In this document: piece by piece, positions 54,728 to 63,404 of the stretch
Position numbering within the stretch: position 1 is the stretch's first letter
Layout of the letters: each line of letters begins with the position of its first letter
Source of the DNA: an uncultured Eubacteriales bacterium
GTDB taxonomy: Bacteria; Bacillota; Clostridia; Lachnospirales; Bianqueaceae
Reading direction: 5' to 3'
Assembly: GCA_902796435.1 (NCBI GenBank)
Contig: CADBPG010000005.1
Coordinates: forward strand, 148 to 64,147
DNA length: 64,000 bases
Made by a program: the position numbers and the translations under genes
The notes under the pieces: generated by a model
Database searches by the model: none
What the model was told of the DNA's origin: nothing
What the model saw: only the letters and a program-made list of their open reading frames with translations

Positions 54728-55713
54728 ATGCGTTCGTGTCCTTCCCGCAACTCGCCAAAAGGTAGCGTGTTCATTGCTTCCGGCCAGTCAGCATAAAAAT
54801 GATGTGCAAACAGATACGATAAGGGTTCGATCCTCTCCCGGAAGACAAGCTCGTGTGCCAAGAGCATCTGTCCGACAGCAGGATCCTTTTTGTTACCATA
54901 TTTCGGGTCTCCATAGATGGGAAACCCCTCAAAACTTAATTGTGCGCGGATCTGGTGCGACCGCCCGGTGATCAACCGGATCTCCACAAGGGAAAGATCC
55001 TGCTGTGGGTCGGTCTGTACCGTCCGTACCTTGCTGTGCACCTGCCTGGCATCACCCGGGTGTGCACTGCCCAGTTTCACTTTGTTACGTACGGTGTCCT
55101 TTTCGAAGGCATGGACCAGATCGGTCCACTCCTTCCAGGCAGGACGGCCGTGTACGACAGCATAATAGTACTTCTCCAGCCCGCCGGAACGGATCATTTC
55201 TGAGAGCGCCTGCTGTGCCATTAGGTCCTTGCCCATGACCACCAGGCCACATGTATTGCGGTCCAGTCGGCTGACAACACCAGGTTGAAAACCGGCAGAA
55301 CGCGCAAGTCCGTTTTGGTAAAGGTATTCCCGGCCCAACTCCGTCAAAGAAACCGCATCCGAGCTGTCCTTCTGGGACAGCATGCCCACAGGCTTGTTGA
55401 AGATGATGATGTGCTGATCTTCATAAACGATGGGCGGCAGCGGCATGGCGGAAATGATACCAGTAGAAGGCACCGGTTCTTGTGCATACCCAAAGGATGA
55501 GGCCTGCTCGTCCGTCAGATATACGCGGAGCTCATCCCCCTCCTTAAGGAGGATCGCCCCATCGCGGACCCGCGTTCCGTTGATACGAAACCCGTTACCG
55601 CGCAATTGTCTGTGCAGGAACGCATCCGGCATATGCGGATACTGCTTGTGTACGTACCTGTCCAGCCGACGTCCGGCCTCAGTCGCAGAAATCCGAAAAA
55701 CTTGCATAGCCAA
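54724..55713 (-). CDS. RluA-family pseudouridine synthase with an S4-like N-terminal domain
   Basis: The S4 region is GRRLDRYV; the catalytic region is VVSRLDRNTCGLVV; HQIRAQL is also present. Confidence 0.85.
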   Translation of the reverse strand: MAMQVFRISATEAGRRLDRYVHKQYPHMPDAFLHRQLRGNGFRINGTRVRDGAILLKEGDELRVYLTDEQASSFGYAQEPVPSTGIISAMPLPPIVYEDQHIIIFNKPVGMLSQKDSSDAVSLTELGREYLYQNGLARSAGFQPGVVSRLDRNTCGLVVMGKDLMAQQALSEMIRSGGLEKYYYAVVHGRPAWKEWTDLVHAFEKDTVRNKVKLGSAHPGDARQVHSKVRTVQTDPQQDLSLVEIRLITGRSHQIRAQLSFEGFPIYGDPKYGNKKDPAVGQMLLAHELVFRERIEPLSYLFAHHFYADWPEAMNTLPFGELREGHERI

Positions 55714-55824
55714 AAGCTCCTGACAGAAAGAATTGAAAGAGGGATAAGCGTTTTGAATAACTTATCCCCTTTATTACGGATTGATTCAATTATATATCGA
55801 AAATATTTTTATTGCAATATTCTG

Positions 55825-57225
55825 TCATTTCAAGTCGATTCCGAAGAAACGGACTGCGTTATTGTAACAAATACCCGTGATTATATCTTTCAGAGCCTTC
55901 TCGTCTTGTGGATATTCGCCATTTTCCACCCACGTTCCGATCAGATCACACACGATCCTTCGGAAATATTCATGACGGAAATAGGATAAAAAGCTTCGAG
56001 AATCTGTCAACATGCCAATAAACTGTCCTAAAACACCCACATTGGCGAAGGTACGCAGCTGCTGACGCATGCCATCGATGTGATCATTGAACCACCAGGC
56101 GGAACCCAGCTGGATCCGGCCCGCGGTCTCACCGGCAAAGCAGCCGCCGACAGTCAATAAGGTGTAGTTATCGTTCGGATTCAGGCTGTACAGGATAGTC
56201 TTCGGCAGACGGCCACCTGCCTGCATAGCATCCAACAGGCCACCCAGACGTTCTGCCAGATGGACATCCAGGATCGCGTCATTGCCGCAGTCCGGTCCCA
56301 GCTTGTTGAAAAGCTTGCTGTTTACATTGCGCAGGGCCGCCATATGCAGCTGCATGGTCCAGTCATGGGCCTCATATTCCTGGGCCAGGAGGATCAAAAG
56401 CCAGGTCCGGTACTGATCCCGTTCTACGGCGGTCAGCGCGGCTCCCGCAAGAGCCTTGCGGAAGATCTGGTCGGCTTCTTCTTCAGTCGCCGGTGCGAAA
56501 GGCGCGTAATCCAGGCCATGGTCAGAGATGCGGCTGCCACGGGCATGGAAGTACTCGATGCGCTCATGCACGGCCTCCTTCAGCTGGGCGGCAGTCTCCA
56601 CCGGATGCCCTACCACTTCAGCCAGCTTGCCAATGTAGGCAACAAAACCAGGCTTCGTGATCTCGACCAGACGGTCCGGACGGAAGGCAGGCACGACGGT
56701 GGCGGACATGGTCCCCTGCTCCGCGATCAATTTGTGATACCGCAGATCATCGATGGGATCGTCCGTGGTGGCGATCAGGGAAACATTGCTCATGCGGATC
56801 AGTTCACGGCAGGAAAGATCCTTCAAACGGGCGTTGGCCTTTTCCCAGATCACAGGAGCGGTCTCTTCAGAGAGGGTCTCCTCGATGCCGAAATAATGCT
56901 TCAGTTCCAGGTGCGACCAGTGATACAGCGGGTTGCCGATGGCCTGCGACAAAGCCTTCGCATAGGCCAGGAACTTGTCATAATCGGAACCATTGCCGGT
57001 GATGAGTTCTTCCGGTGTACCTACTGCGCGCATGATACGCCATTTGTAATGGTCACCATAGAGCCATACCTGGGTGATATTGTCATAGTGGATGTCTTCG
57101 TAGATCTCTTTGGGACTGATATGACAATGATAGTCATAGATCGGCAGGTTCTCTGCGTACTCGTGGAACAAACGCTGTGCAGTTTCGGTCTGCAGAAGAA
57201 AATCAGGGGACATAAATGTTTTCAT
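55825..57225 (-). CDS. uxaC: Glucuronate isomerase
   Basis: PIYDYHCHISPKEI, GDHYKWRIMRA, WWFND. Confidence 0.9.
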   Translation of the reverse strand: MKTFMSPDFLLQTETAQRLFHEYAENLPIYDYHCHISPKEIYEDIHYDNITQVWLYGDHYKWRIMRAVGTPEELITGNGSDYDKFLAYAKALSQAIGNPLYHWSHLELKHYFGIEETLSEETAPVIWEKANARLKDLSCRELIRMSNVSLIATTDDPIDDLRYHKLIAEQGTMSATVVPAFRPDRLVEITKPGFVAYIGKLAEVVGHPVETAAQLKEAVHERIEYFHARGSRISDHGLDYAPFAPATEEEADQIFRKALAGAALTAVERDQYRTWLLILLAQEYEAHDWTMQLHMAALRNVNSKLFNKLGPDCGNDAILDVHLAERLGGLLDAMQAGGRLPKTILYSLNPNDNYTLLTVGGCFAGETAGRIQLGSAWWFNDHIDGMRQQLRTFANVGVLGQFIGMLTDSRSFLSYFRHEYFRRIVCDLIGTWVENGEYPQDEKALKDIITGICYNNAVRFFGIDLK

Positions 57226-57253
57226 AAGTCGACTCCTTTAGAAACAGTTGATT

Positions 57254-58486
57254 TCAGCAAGGTACCACGTCCTCAAGGGGACGCAGGAACCACCTGCCAC
57301 CAGTAAAATCAGGCATCGCCTGCGGCGCGCCGCCCTGGGCGATGGAGATCTCAGACAGGACCGAGACGGCCATCCAGGTCGCACCATCATACACGTCGAT
57401 TGGCACATCCGTGCCATCACGTACCGCATCGATGAACGCGCGGTAACAGAAATAGTCCATACCGCCATGACCCGCGGCAAGCACCTCCGGAGTCACCTGC
57501 TTCCAGATCTCCGGCAGATATTGGTCTTCGTAATCTTTGGCATTGTTCAGGAATGCTTCATAAGACTTGGCCGTTTCCCAGAAGGATTCCGGATGCACGT
57601 CCTCCAGGAAGACCGTATTCGTGTTCTGTTCATACAGGCCCTTGGTACCGCGCACGGTAAAGTCCCTGGCGTAGAAACGTGGCAGCGTGGTATCCAACCG
57701 AAGAGTGATCGTCTCCCCACCGGCACAGGTCAGGATCGTGGTAACGATATCGCCCTGTTTGAAGTGCACGTTCCGTGCGGATTCCGGCAGTTTTCCGGCT
57801 TTGTCCTGTTTTTCAGCATAAGCCTTCAGACCCTCGGCTCTGGATGCGACAGAAACAACAGAAACGATCCGGTTGCCCCGGTTGATGCCTAAAAGACGGG
57901 ATATGGGGCCAAGTTCATGGGTCGGATAATTCTCCAGGCAACGGTTCTGGTAGTTCTTGAAACGATAGTGGCGGTTTTCGATACCGTAGAGGATCTCCTC
58001 CCGCAGATCATGGGCGTAGGAACCCTGCATATGTACGATGGTCCCGAAAAGCCCGGCGCGGGCCATGGACGTGGCCAGAAGTTCCTCTTTACCATAGCAG
58101 CAGTTCTCCATGAACATGTACTGCATACCGGTGCGCTCTTTCGTTTCGACCAGACGATGCAGTTCTTCCATGGAATTGACACTGCCCACTTCGCTGCCGA
58201 CCGCGGCGCCATGCTCCATCGCGTAGATGGCGATCTCCGTGTGGAATTCCCATCCGGTGAAGATCAGAACCGCGTCCGGTTTAGCAGTATCGATCATCAC
58301 GCGATAGTCCGTGAAACCCAGAGGCGCCGGACGTCCGGCATCCGTGACGATCTGGATTCCTGCCTGCACCCGGTCCTCGTAAATATCGCAGACCGCGCTG
58401 ATCTCCACATCGTCCATGGCCAGCAGGACCTGTTTGAGGATCCCCTGCCCGCGGCAGCCCAGACCGGCTAATCCTAATCGAACCAT
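57254..58486 (-). CDS. Gfo/Idh/MocA family oxidoreductase (GH109-like layout)
   Basis: ATG 58486 follows a GGGAGG Shine-Dalgarno sequence. It has a Rossmann N-terminus (VRLGLAGLGCRGQG). Confidence 0.75.
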   Translation of the reverse strand: MVRLGLAGLGCRGQGILKQVLLAMDDVEISAVCDIYEDRVQAGIQIVTDAGRPAPLGFTDYRVMIDTAKPDAVLIFTGWEFHTEIAIYAMEHGAAVGSEVGSVNSMEELHRLVETKERTGMQYMFMENCCYGKEELLATSMARAGLFGTIVHMQGSYAHDLREEILYGIENRHYRFKNYQNRCLENYPTHELGPISRLLGINRGNRIVSVVSVASRAEGLKAYAEKQDKAGKLPESARNVHFKQGDIVTTILTCAGGETITLRLDTTLPRFYARDFTVRGTKGLYEQNTNTVFLEDVHPESFWETAKSYEAFLNNAKDYEDQYLPEIWKQVTPEVLAAGHGGMDYFCYRAFIDAVRDGTDVPIDVYDGATWMAVSVLSEISIAQGGAPQAMPDFTGGRWFLRPLEDVVPC

Positions 58487-58509
58487 TTGGTTACCTCCCA
58501 AAATAACTC

Positions 58510-58538
58510 TTGACAGTTATGGCAGAATATTGTAAACT
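58510..58538 (+). promoter_or_regulatory. Promoter of tRNA-Thr
   Basis: TTGACA - 17 nt - TAAACT, ending 14 nt upstream of the mature tRNA 5' end. Confidence 0.5.
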
Positions 58539-58552
58539 ATATAAGCTTTCAA

Positions 58553-58625
58553 GCTTCCGTGGCTCAGCAGGTAGAGCGACGCACTCGTAATGCGTAGGTC
58601 ACCGGTTCGAATCCGGTCGGGAGCT
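58553..58625 (+). tRNA. tRNA-Thr (anticodon CGT)
   Basis: I folded the cloverleaf by hand. Acceptor stem GCTTCCG/CGGGAGC, D stem GCTC/GAGC, anticodon stem ACGCA/TGCGT with loop CTCGTAA, T arm ACCGG-TTCGAAT-CCGGT. No CCA is encoded. Confidence 0.9.
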
Positions 58626-58638
58626 TTTTTTATTTCTT

Positions 58639-58666
58639 AAGCCGGCTGTTTCAGCCGGTTTTTTAT
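58639..58666 (+). terminator. Terminator after tRNA-Thr
   Basis: Hairpin GCCGGCT-GTTTC-AGCCGGT followed by TTTTT. It overlaps the rpe stop codon on the other strand. Confidence 0.65.
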
Positions 58667-59313
58667 TGCTTAAAAGCTGTAAGAAAGTTCTGTACGTTTT
58701 CCTCGATCGGACCATTGAAAACGGAGGATCCGGCAACGATGATATTGGCACCGGCATCCAGCACCGTCTGCACATTATCGACCTTGATTCCGCCATCCAC
58801 CTCGATGTCCAGGTCCGGGCATTTTTCATGCAGCATCTGGATCTTTCCGGTCATTTCGGGAATGTACTTCTGCCCTCCAAAGCCGGGATGCACCGTCATG
58901 ATCAGGACCATGTCCACTATGTCCAGCACAGGCTCGATGGCCGACAGGGGTGTTTCCGGATTCAGAGATACGGCCGCCCGTACGCCCTGCTGGTGGATCA
59001 ACTGCACTACAGAACGGGGATCCGACACCGTTTCGATATGGAAGGTGATCCCGTCCGCACCGGCATCCGCGAACCGCGGAATGTACTTTTCCGGATCAGA
59101 GATCATCAGGTGTACGTCGAAGAACTGGTCGCTGACAGGCCGGATCGACTCGATGATCGGGAAACCGAAGGACAGGCTGGGCACGAAATGCCCGTCCATC
59201 ACATCGATATGCAGCCAGGTGGCACCAGCCTTTTCCGTGCTGCGGATCTGATTGCCCAGGTCGGCAAAATCCGCGGACAAAATCGAAGGTGCAAGAATAC
59301 GTTTTTTCATCAT
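58663..59313 (-). CDS. rpe: Ribulose-phosphate 3-epimerase
   Basis: ILAPSILSADF, HIDVMDGHFVP, VHPGFGGQ, VDGGI. Confidence 0.95.
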   Translation of the reverse strand: MMKKRILAPSILSADFADLGNQIRSTEKAGATWLHIDVMDGHFVPSLSFGFPIIESIRPVSDQFFDVHLMISDPEKYIPRFADAGADGITFHIETVSDPRSVVQLIHQQGVRAAVSLNPETPLSAIEPVLDIVDMVLIMTVHPGFGGQKYIPEMTGKIQMLHEKCPDLDIEVDGGIKVDNVQTVLDAGANIIVAGSSVFNGPIEENVQNFLTAFKQ

Positions 59314-59987
59314 GCCTTCTCCCCTTCAAGCCGCTGCAGAAGTTGGATGCCCTCCTGCCAGCTTGTGATATAATAATCGGCCTCTTTCACAAGGTCTGCC
59401 TTGTCGGATGCCTGGGACGCATCCTCGAACGCACAGGTGACACAGCCTGCCGCATTTGCAGAACGGATCCCTTTCAGGATATCTTCAAAGACGATGCACT
59501 CCTCCGGACGGACGCCCGCGATCGAGGCTGCCTGCAGGTAGATATCCGGCGCACCCTTGCCGATATCGGCCATGGCTGCGTCTGTAAAACCGGTGAACAG
59601 GTCGTAAAGGCCGTGCCGTTCCAGGACCGCCTTGGTCAGGACTTGCGTGGAAACAGTGGCCAGGACGATGGGCAGTCCTGCATCCTTACAGAATCTGAGC
59701 ATATCACCGGCCCCGGGCTTTAAATCGATGGCATGGCCATACTCCCAGGCTGCCATCTCGTTCCATTCCCGGAACAGTTCCTCCATCGTCATATCCAGGC
59801 CCAGATAGGAGATCGTAAACTCCGCGGCCTGCCGATAATTGACATCCTTCAAGGCGCGTATATAGTTTTCGTCCTCAGCAAAGCCGTGACGCGCAAGAAA
59901 GCTGCGATCCACGCGCTCCCAGACGCCCATCGAGTCGATGAGCGTTCCATCGAGGTCGAAGATCGCAGCTTTGATCTTAGATAACAC
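59310..59987 (-). CDS. HAD-superfamily hydrolase (beta-phosphoglucomutase/sugar-phosphatase-like subfamily IA)
   Basis: Motif I is AAIFDLDGTLIDS. There is a cap domain and a C-terminal FEDILKG motif. Confidence 0.8.
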   Translation of the reverse strand: MLSKIKAAIFDLDGTLIDSMGVWERVDRSFLARHGFAEDENYIRALKDVNYRQAAEFTISYLGLDMTMEELFREWNEMAAWEYGHAIDLKPGAGDMLRFCKDAGLPIVLATVSTQVLTKAVLERHGLYDLFTGFTDAAMADIGKGAPDIYLQAASIAGVRPEECIVFEDILKGIRSANAAGCVTCAFEDASQASDKADLVKEADYYITSWQEGIQLLQRLEGEKA

Positions 59988-60408
59988 CTTTTTTCAGGAT
60001 CACATTGGCGTACAATGCGGTCTCACTGGACATGATGACGACATAGGAATTCTCCCGTGTACGATCATAGAAAGAGAAACGTTCGATGTTTTCGACGGCA
60101 TCGCCACCGCGTTCGTCGTACTTCGCGATGATCTCCTTGTAGGTATCCCAGATGGGGGTCTCGACCGTATCACCCGGTACGACTTCCATCAGAGCGACAG
60201 GTTTCTCAACGTACGGATCCAGCGGCATGACCTGCAGGATCGCATCCAGGATCTCCGGAACACCATGTCCATCCAGACGGACAATACGCTTTGCCAGGTT
60301 TTCTCCGGGGAAGTTACCATCGCCAATGGTAAGCTCGTCGCCATGGCCCATTTCAGAAAGGATCTTCAGCAGTTCCGGTGACAGGATCGGCGGGATTCCT
60401 TTTAACAT
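59977..60408 (-). CDS. fucU: RbsD/FucU family mutarotase (L-fucose mutarotase-like)
   Basis: LKGIPPILSPELLKILSEMGHGDELTIGDGNFP. Confidence 0.8.
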   Translation of the reverse strand: MLKGIPPILSPELLKILSEMGHGDELTIGDGNFPGENLAKRIVRLDGHGVPEILDAILQVMPLDPYVEKPVALMEVVPGDTVETPIWDTYKEIIAKYDERGGDAVENIERFSFYDRTRENSYVVIMSSETALYANVILKKGVI

Positions 60409-60481
60409 AAATCAGTTCCTCCTTACAAGGTTTTTCTTGCCTCAAGTATACTCAAAACAGGATCAAAAGTAAACCCTGTTT

Positions 60482-61870
60482 TTAAGCCGGATTCAGAGAA
60501 GCATCGATGGCACTGGCAGCGGTCTTGCCGGCACCCATGGCCAGGATGACCGTGGCCGCACCGGTCACAGCATCACCGCCGGCATAGATACCGGGCCGGG
60601 ATGTCAGACCTGTTTCATCCGCTACGATACCGCCCCACCGTTGTGTATCCAGGCCTTCAGTAGTAGAAGTGATCAGCGGGTTCGGGGACGTGCCGATAGC
60701 GATGATGACGCAGTCCACATCCAGGGTGAATTCAGAACCGGGCATCTCCACAGGTCTGCGACGGCCGGAGGCATCCGGTTCGCCCAGTTCCATGCGGATG
60801 CAGGTCATGGCACGTACATTGCCGTTTTCATCCGCCAGGATCTCCACAGGATTGTTCAGCAGGCGGAAATCGATACCTTCTTCCTTCGCGTGTTCGAACT
60901 CTTCACGACGGGCCGGCAGTTCTTCTTCGGAACGACGGTACACAACGTAGACCTGCTCAGCACCCAGACGCATGGCGGAACGGGCCGCGTCCATGGCGAC
61001 ATTGCCACCGCCCACGACGGCGACCTTCTTCGCGTGCATGATGGGGGTCGTACTGTCATCACGGTAGGCCTTCATCAGATTGACACGGGTCAGGAATTCA
61101 TTGGCGCTGTAGACGCCCTTTAAGTTTTCACCGGGGATATTCATGAAACGCGGCAGGCCGGCACCGGAGCCGATAAAGACGGACTCGAAGCCCTGCTCCA
61201 GCAGTTCGTCGATGGAAAGGACTTTGCCGATGACCATATTGGTCTCGATCTTGACGCCCAGCTGTTTCAGCGTTTCTACTTCTTTGCGGACGATCTCCTT
61301 CGGCAGACGGAACTCAGGAATACCGTAGACAAGAACGCCGCCGGGGGTATGCAGTGCTTCAAAGATCGTTACATCGTAGCCCTTCTTGACCAGATCACCG
61401 GCACAGGTAAGACCGGAAGGACCAGAACCGATCACAGCGACCTTGTGGCCGTTGGACTCAGGCTTCTTGACTTCAGCGGCAGGCTGCGCATTATGGTAAT
61501 CAGCGGCGAAGCGTTCCAGCCGGCCGATACCGACAGGCTCGCCCTTGATGCCGCGGACACACTTGGATTCACACTGGGTCTCCTGCGGACATACGCGGCC
61601 GCAGACAGCGGGCAGTGAACTGGATTCAGAAATGATCTGGTAGGCTTCTTCAAACTGGCCTTCCGCCATCTTCGCGATAAAATCTGGGATGCGGATCTGC
61701 ACCGGGCAGCCGGATAAACAGGGCCGGTTTTTGCAGTTCAGGCAGCGCTTTGCTTCATCGATGGCGATCTCCGCCGTATATCCCAAAGCTACTTCTTTGA
61801 AATTCCGATTGCGGACCTGCGGGTCCTGGGAAGGCATCGGATTCTTAATGGGAGACATATTCGGCATCAC
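60482..61870 (-). CDS. nfnB: NADH-dependent reduced ferredoxin:NADP+ oxidoreductase large subunit (GltD-like, NfnB)
   Basis: It has two Fe-S Cys clusters (CLNCKNRPCLSGCP; CGRVCPQETQCESKC) and two dinucleotide folds (VAVIGSGPSGLTCA; VAVVGGGNVAMDAA). It is paired with a PyrK-like subunit. Confidence 0.8.
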   Translation of the reverse strand: MMPNMSPIKNPMPSQDPQVRNRNFKEVALGYTAEIAIDEAKRCLNCKNRPCLSGCPVQIRIPDFIAKMAEGQFEEAYQIISESSSLPAVCGRVCPQETQCESKCVRGIKGEPVGIGRLERFAADYHNAQPAAEVKKPESNGHKVAVIGSGPSGLTCAGDLVKKGYDVTIFEALHTPGGVLVYGIPEFRLPKEIVRKEVETLKQLGVKIETNMVIGKVLSIDELLEQGFESVFIGSGAGLPRFMNIPGENLKGVYSANEFLTRVNLMKAYRDDSTTPIMHAKKVAVVGGGNVAMDAARSAMRLGAEQVYVVYRRSEEELPARREEFEHAKEEGIDFRLLNNPVEILADENGNVRAMTCIRMELGEPDASGRRRPVEMPGSEFTLDVDCVIIAIGTSPNPLITSTTEGLDTQRWGGIVADETGLTSRPGIYAGGDAVTGAATVILAMGAGKTAASAIDASLNPA

Positions 61871-62709
61871 TGCACCTCCTTCTGAAACAAGTTGCAGGTT
61901 TCTTCATAGGCATGCCGCTCAAATTCCTTATAGGCCGCGCCACGCTGCATCGCTTCGTCAAAATCGACCTCGAATCCATCGAAATCCGGTCCGTCCACAC
62001 AGGCGAACTTCGTCTTGCCACCAACGGTAAGACGGCAGCAGCCGCACATACCGGTACCATCGATCATGATCGGGTTCATGCTGACAACAGTCTTGATATT
62101 GTACTGTTTCGTAAGCTTGACGACGAATTTCATCATGATCAGCGGACCAATGGCGATGACTTCATCATACTGGTTTCCGGCCTTGATCAGGTCTTCCAGG
62201 GCTGCTGTGACGACGCCCTTGGTGCCATAGGATCCATCGTCTGTCATCACGCGCAGTTCCGTACTGGCCGCCCGGAATTCCTCCTCCAGGATCAACAGGT
62301 CCTTATTGCGGAAGCCGATGATGGAATGGACTTCGGCGCCCTGCTCATGCAGCTTCTGCGCTACGGGAAGCGCGATGGCGCAGCCGACGCCGCCGCCCAC
62401 GACGGCGACCTTTTTCAAGCCTTTTGTCTCGGTAGGCTTACCCAAAGGACCGACAAAATCAGGGATAGAGTCCCCAACGTTCAGCTGGTTGAGTTTGTAT
62501 GTGGTCGCACCTACGATCTGAAAGATGATGCGGACGGTCCCCTTGTCACGATCATAGCCTGCGACAGTCAACGGGATACGCTCTCCCTCATCTTCACATC
62601 TAAGGATGATGAACTGGCCCGGTTCAGCCTTGCGGGCCACAAAAGGTGCTTCGATATCCATCAATGTGACGGTAGGATTCAACACTTTTTTGTTAACGAT
62701 GCGAAACAT
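61867..62709 (-). CDS. nfnA: NfnA-type (PyrK/sulfide dehydrogenase-like) FAD/NAD-binding subunit with a C-terminal 2Fe-2S site
   Basis: RIPLTVAGYD, VAVVGGGVGCA, C-terminal GMCGCCRL...FACVDGP. Its stop overlaps the nfnB start. Confidence 0.8.
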   Translation of the reverse strand: MFRIVNKKVLNPTVTLMDIEAPFVARKAEPGQFIILRCEDEGERIPLTVAGYDRDKGTVRIIFQIVGATTYKLNQLNVGDSIPDFVGPLGKPTETKGLKKVAVVGGGVGCAIALPVAQKLHEQGAEVHSIIGFRNKDLLILEEEFRAASTELRVMTDDGSYGTKGVVTAALEDLIKAGNQYDEVIAIGPLIMMKFVVKLTKQYNIKTVVSMNPIMIDGTGMCGCCRLTVGGKTKFACVDGPDFDGFEVDFDEAMQRGAAYKEFERHAYEETCNLFQKEVQ

Positions 62710-62852
62710 CGGAGCATGACCTCCTTATATAATAATATAAAAGAATTATAGAGTCTCACACCTGTTTTGTCAAATTGAATCGTTGCTTTTTCTCTGCACC
62801 TAAAGTATAATAATACGGCAGATGATACTTGAACCTAATATCGGAGGTATCT

Positions 62853-63323
62853 ATGGTTTCATATCAAATTGAAGACGTCAGAAGCTTCATGAACCACCTG
62901 CTCCGCCAGTCCACCTTTGACGGCTGGGAGGTCCGCGAAGTCAAATTGCATACCATGATCCGGTACCAGATCACCGGAGATCTGAACCAAAGCTTTTTCA
63001 CAGAAGAAGAACTGCAGGACATGGATCGTTCCTATTGCCTGTGGGAAGACCTGAAAAACACGATCTTCAGCCTCATCAAGGGCCATAAACAGCCCACGCT
63101 GATGCAGATTACCCTGGCTTTTCCCAAGGCCCAGGTCACCGAGGTCCCGACAGACGCGGTGGAATCCTTCCTGCTGAACATCCATTTCGAGGACAACGCA
63201 CTGTCCTTGATCACGGCGGTTTCCATGCGCTCCTTCACCATGGACCGATCCGCGGAACAATACTGGGACCGTTATATTGGAACATTTCTTGAAAAGAATG
63301 AGATTGTTAGCACTCTATCATAA
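62853..63323 (+). CDS. Hypothetical cytosolic protein (156 aa)
   Basis: ATG 62853 follows a GGAGG. I recognised no motif. Confidence 0.55.
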   Translation: MVSYQIEDVRSFMNHLLRQSTFDGWEVREVKLHTMIRYQITGDLNQSFFTEEELQDMDRSYCLWEDLKNTIFSLIKGHKQPTLMQITLAFPKAQVTEVPTDAVESFLLNIHFEDNALSLITAVSMRSFTMDRSAEQYWDRYIGTFLEKNEIVSTLS

Positions 63324-63333
63324 TGAGTGCTAG
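63307..63333. promoter_or_regulatory. CIRCE-like inverted repeat (HrcA operator type), also a hairpin with a T-run
   Basis: TTAGCACTC-TATCATAAT-GAGTGCTAG matches the CIRCE consensus TTAGCACTC-N9-GAGTGCTAA at 17/18 positions. It is followed by TTTTTT and ends 7 nt before the htpG -35. Confidence 0.65.
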
Positions 63334-63340
63334 TTTTTTA

Positions 63341-63369
63341 TTGACAAGTACCTTGCCAAGGAGTACAAT
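63341..63369 (+). promoter_or_regulatory. htpG promoter
   Basis: TTGACA - 17 nt - TACAAT, 35 nt upstream of the htpG ATG. The Shine-Dalgarno sequence AGGAGG is at 63389-63394. Confidence 0.6.
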
Positions 63370-63404
63370 ACTGTTATCAATATTACTTAGGAGGTCGATC
63401 TTTC

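Noticed and set aside
55714-55824. The 111-nt gap between uxaC and the pseudouridine synthase gene, as a possible regulatory RNA.
   Set aside because: It contains one hairpin (GGGATAAG...CTTATCCC, 55744-55771), best explained as the uxaC terminator. The rest is AT-rich promoter-like sequence for the downstream gene, and I recognised no conserved riboswitch core.
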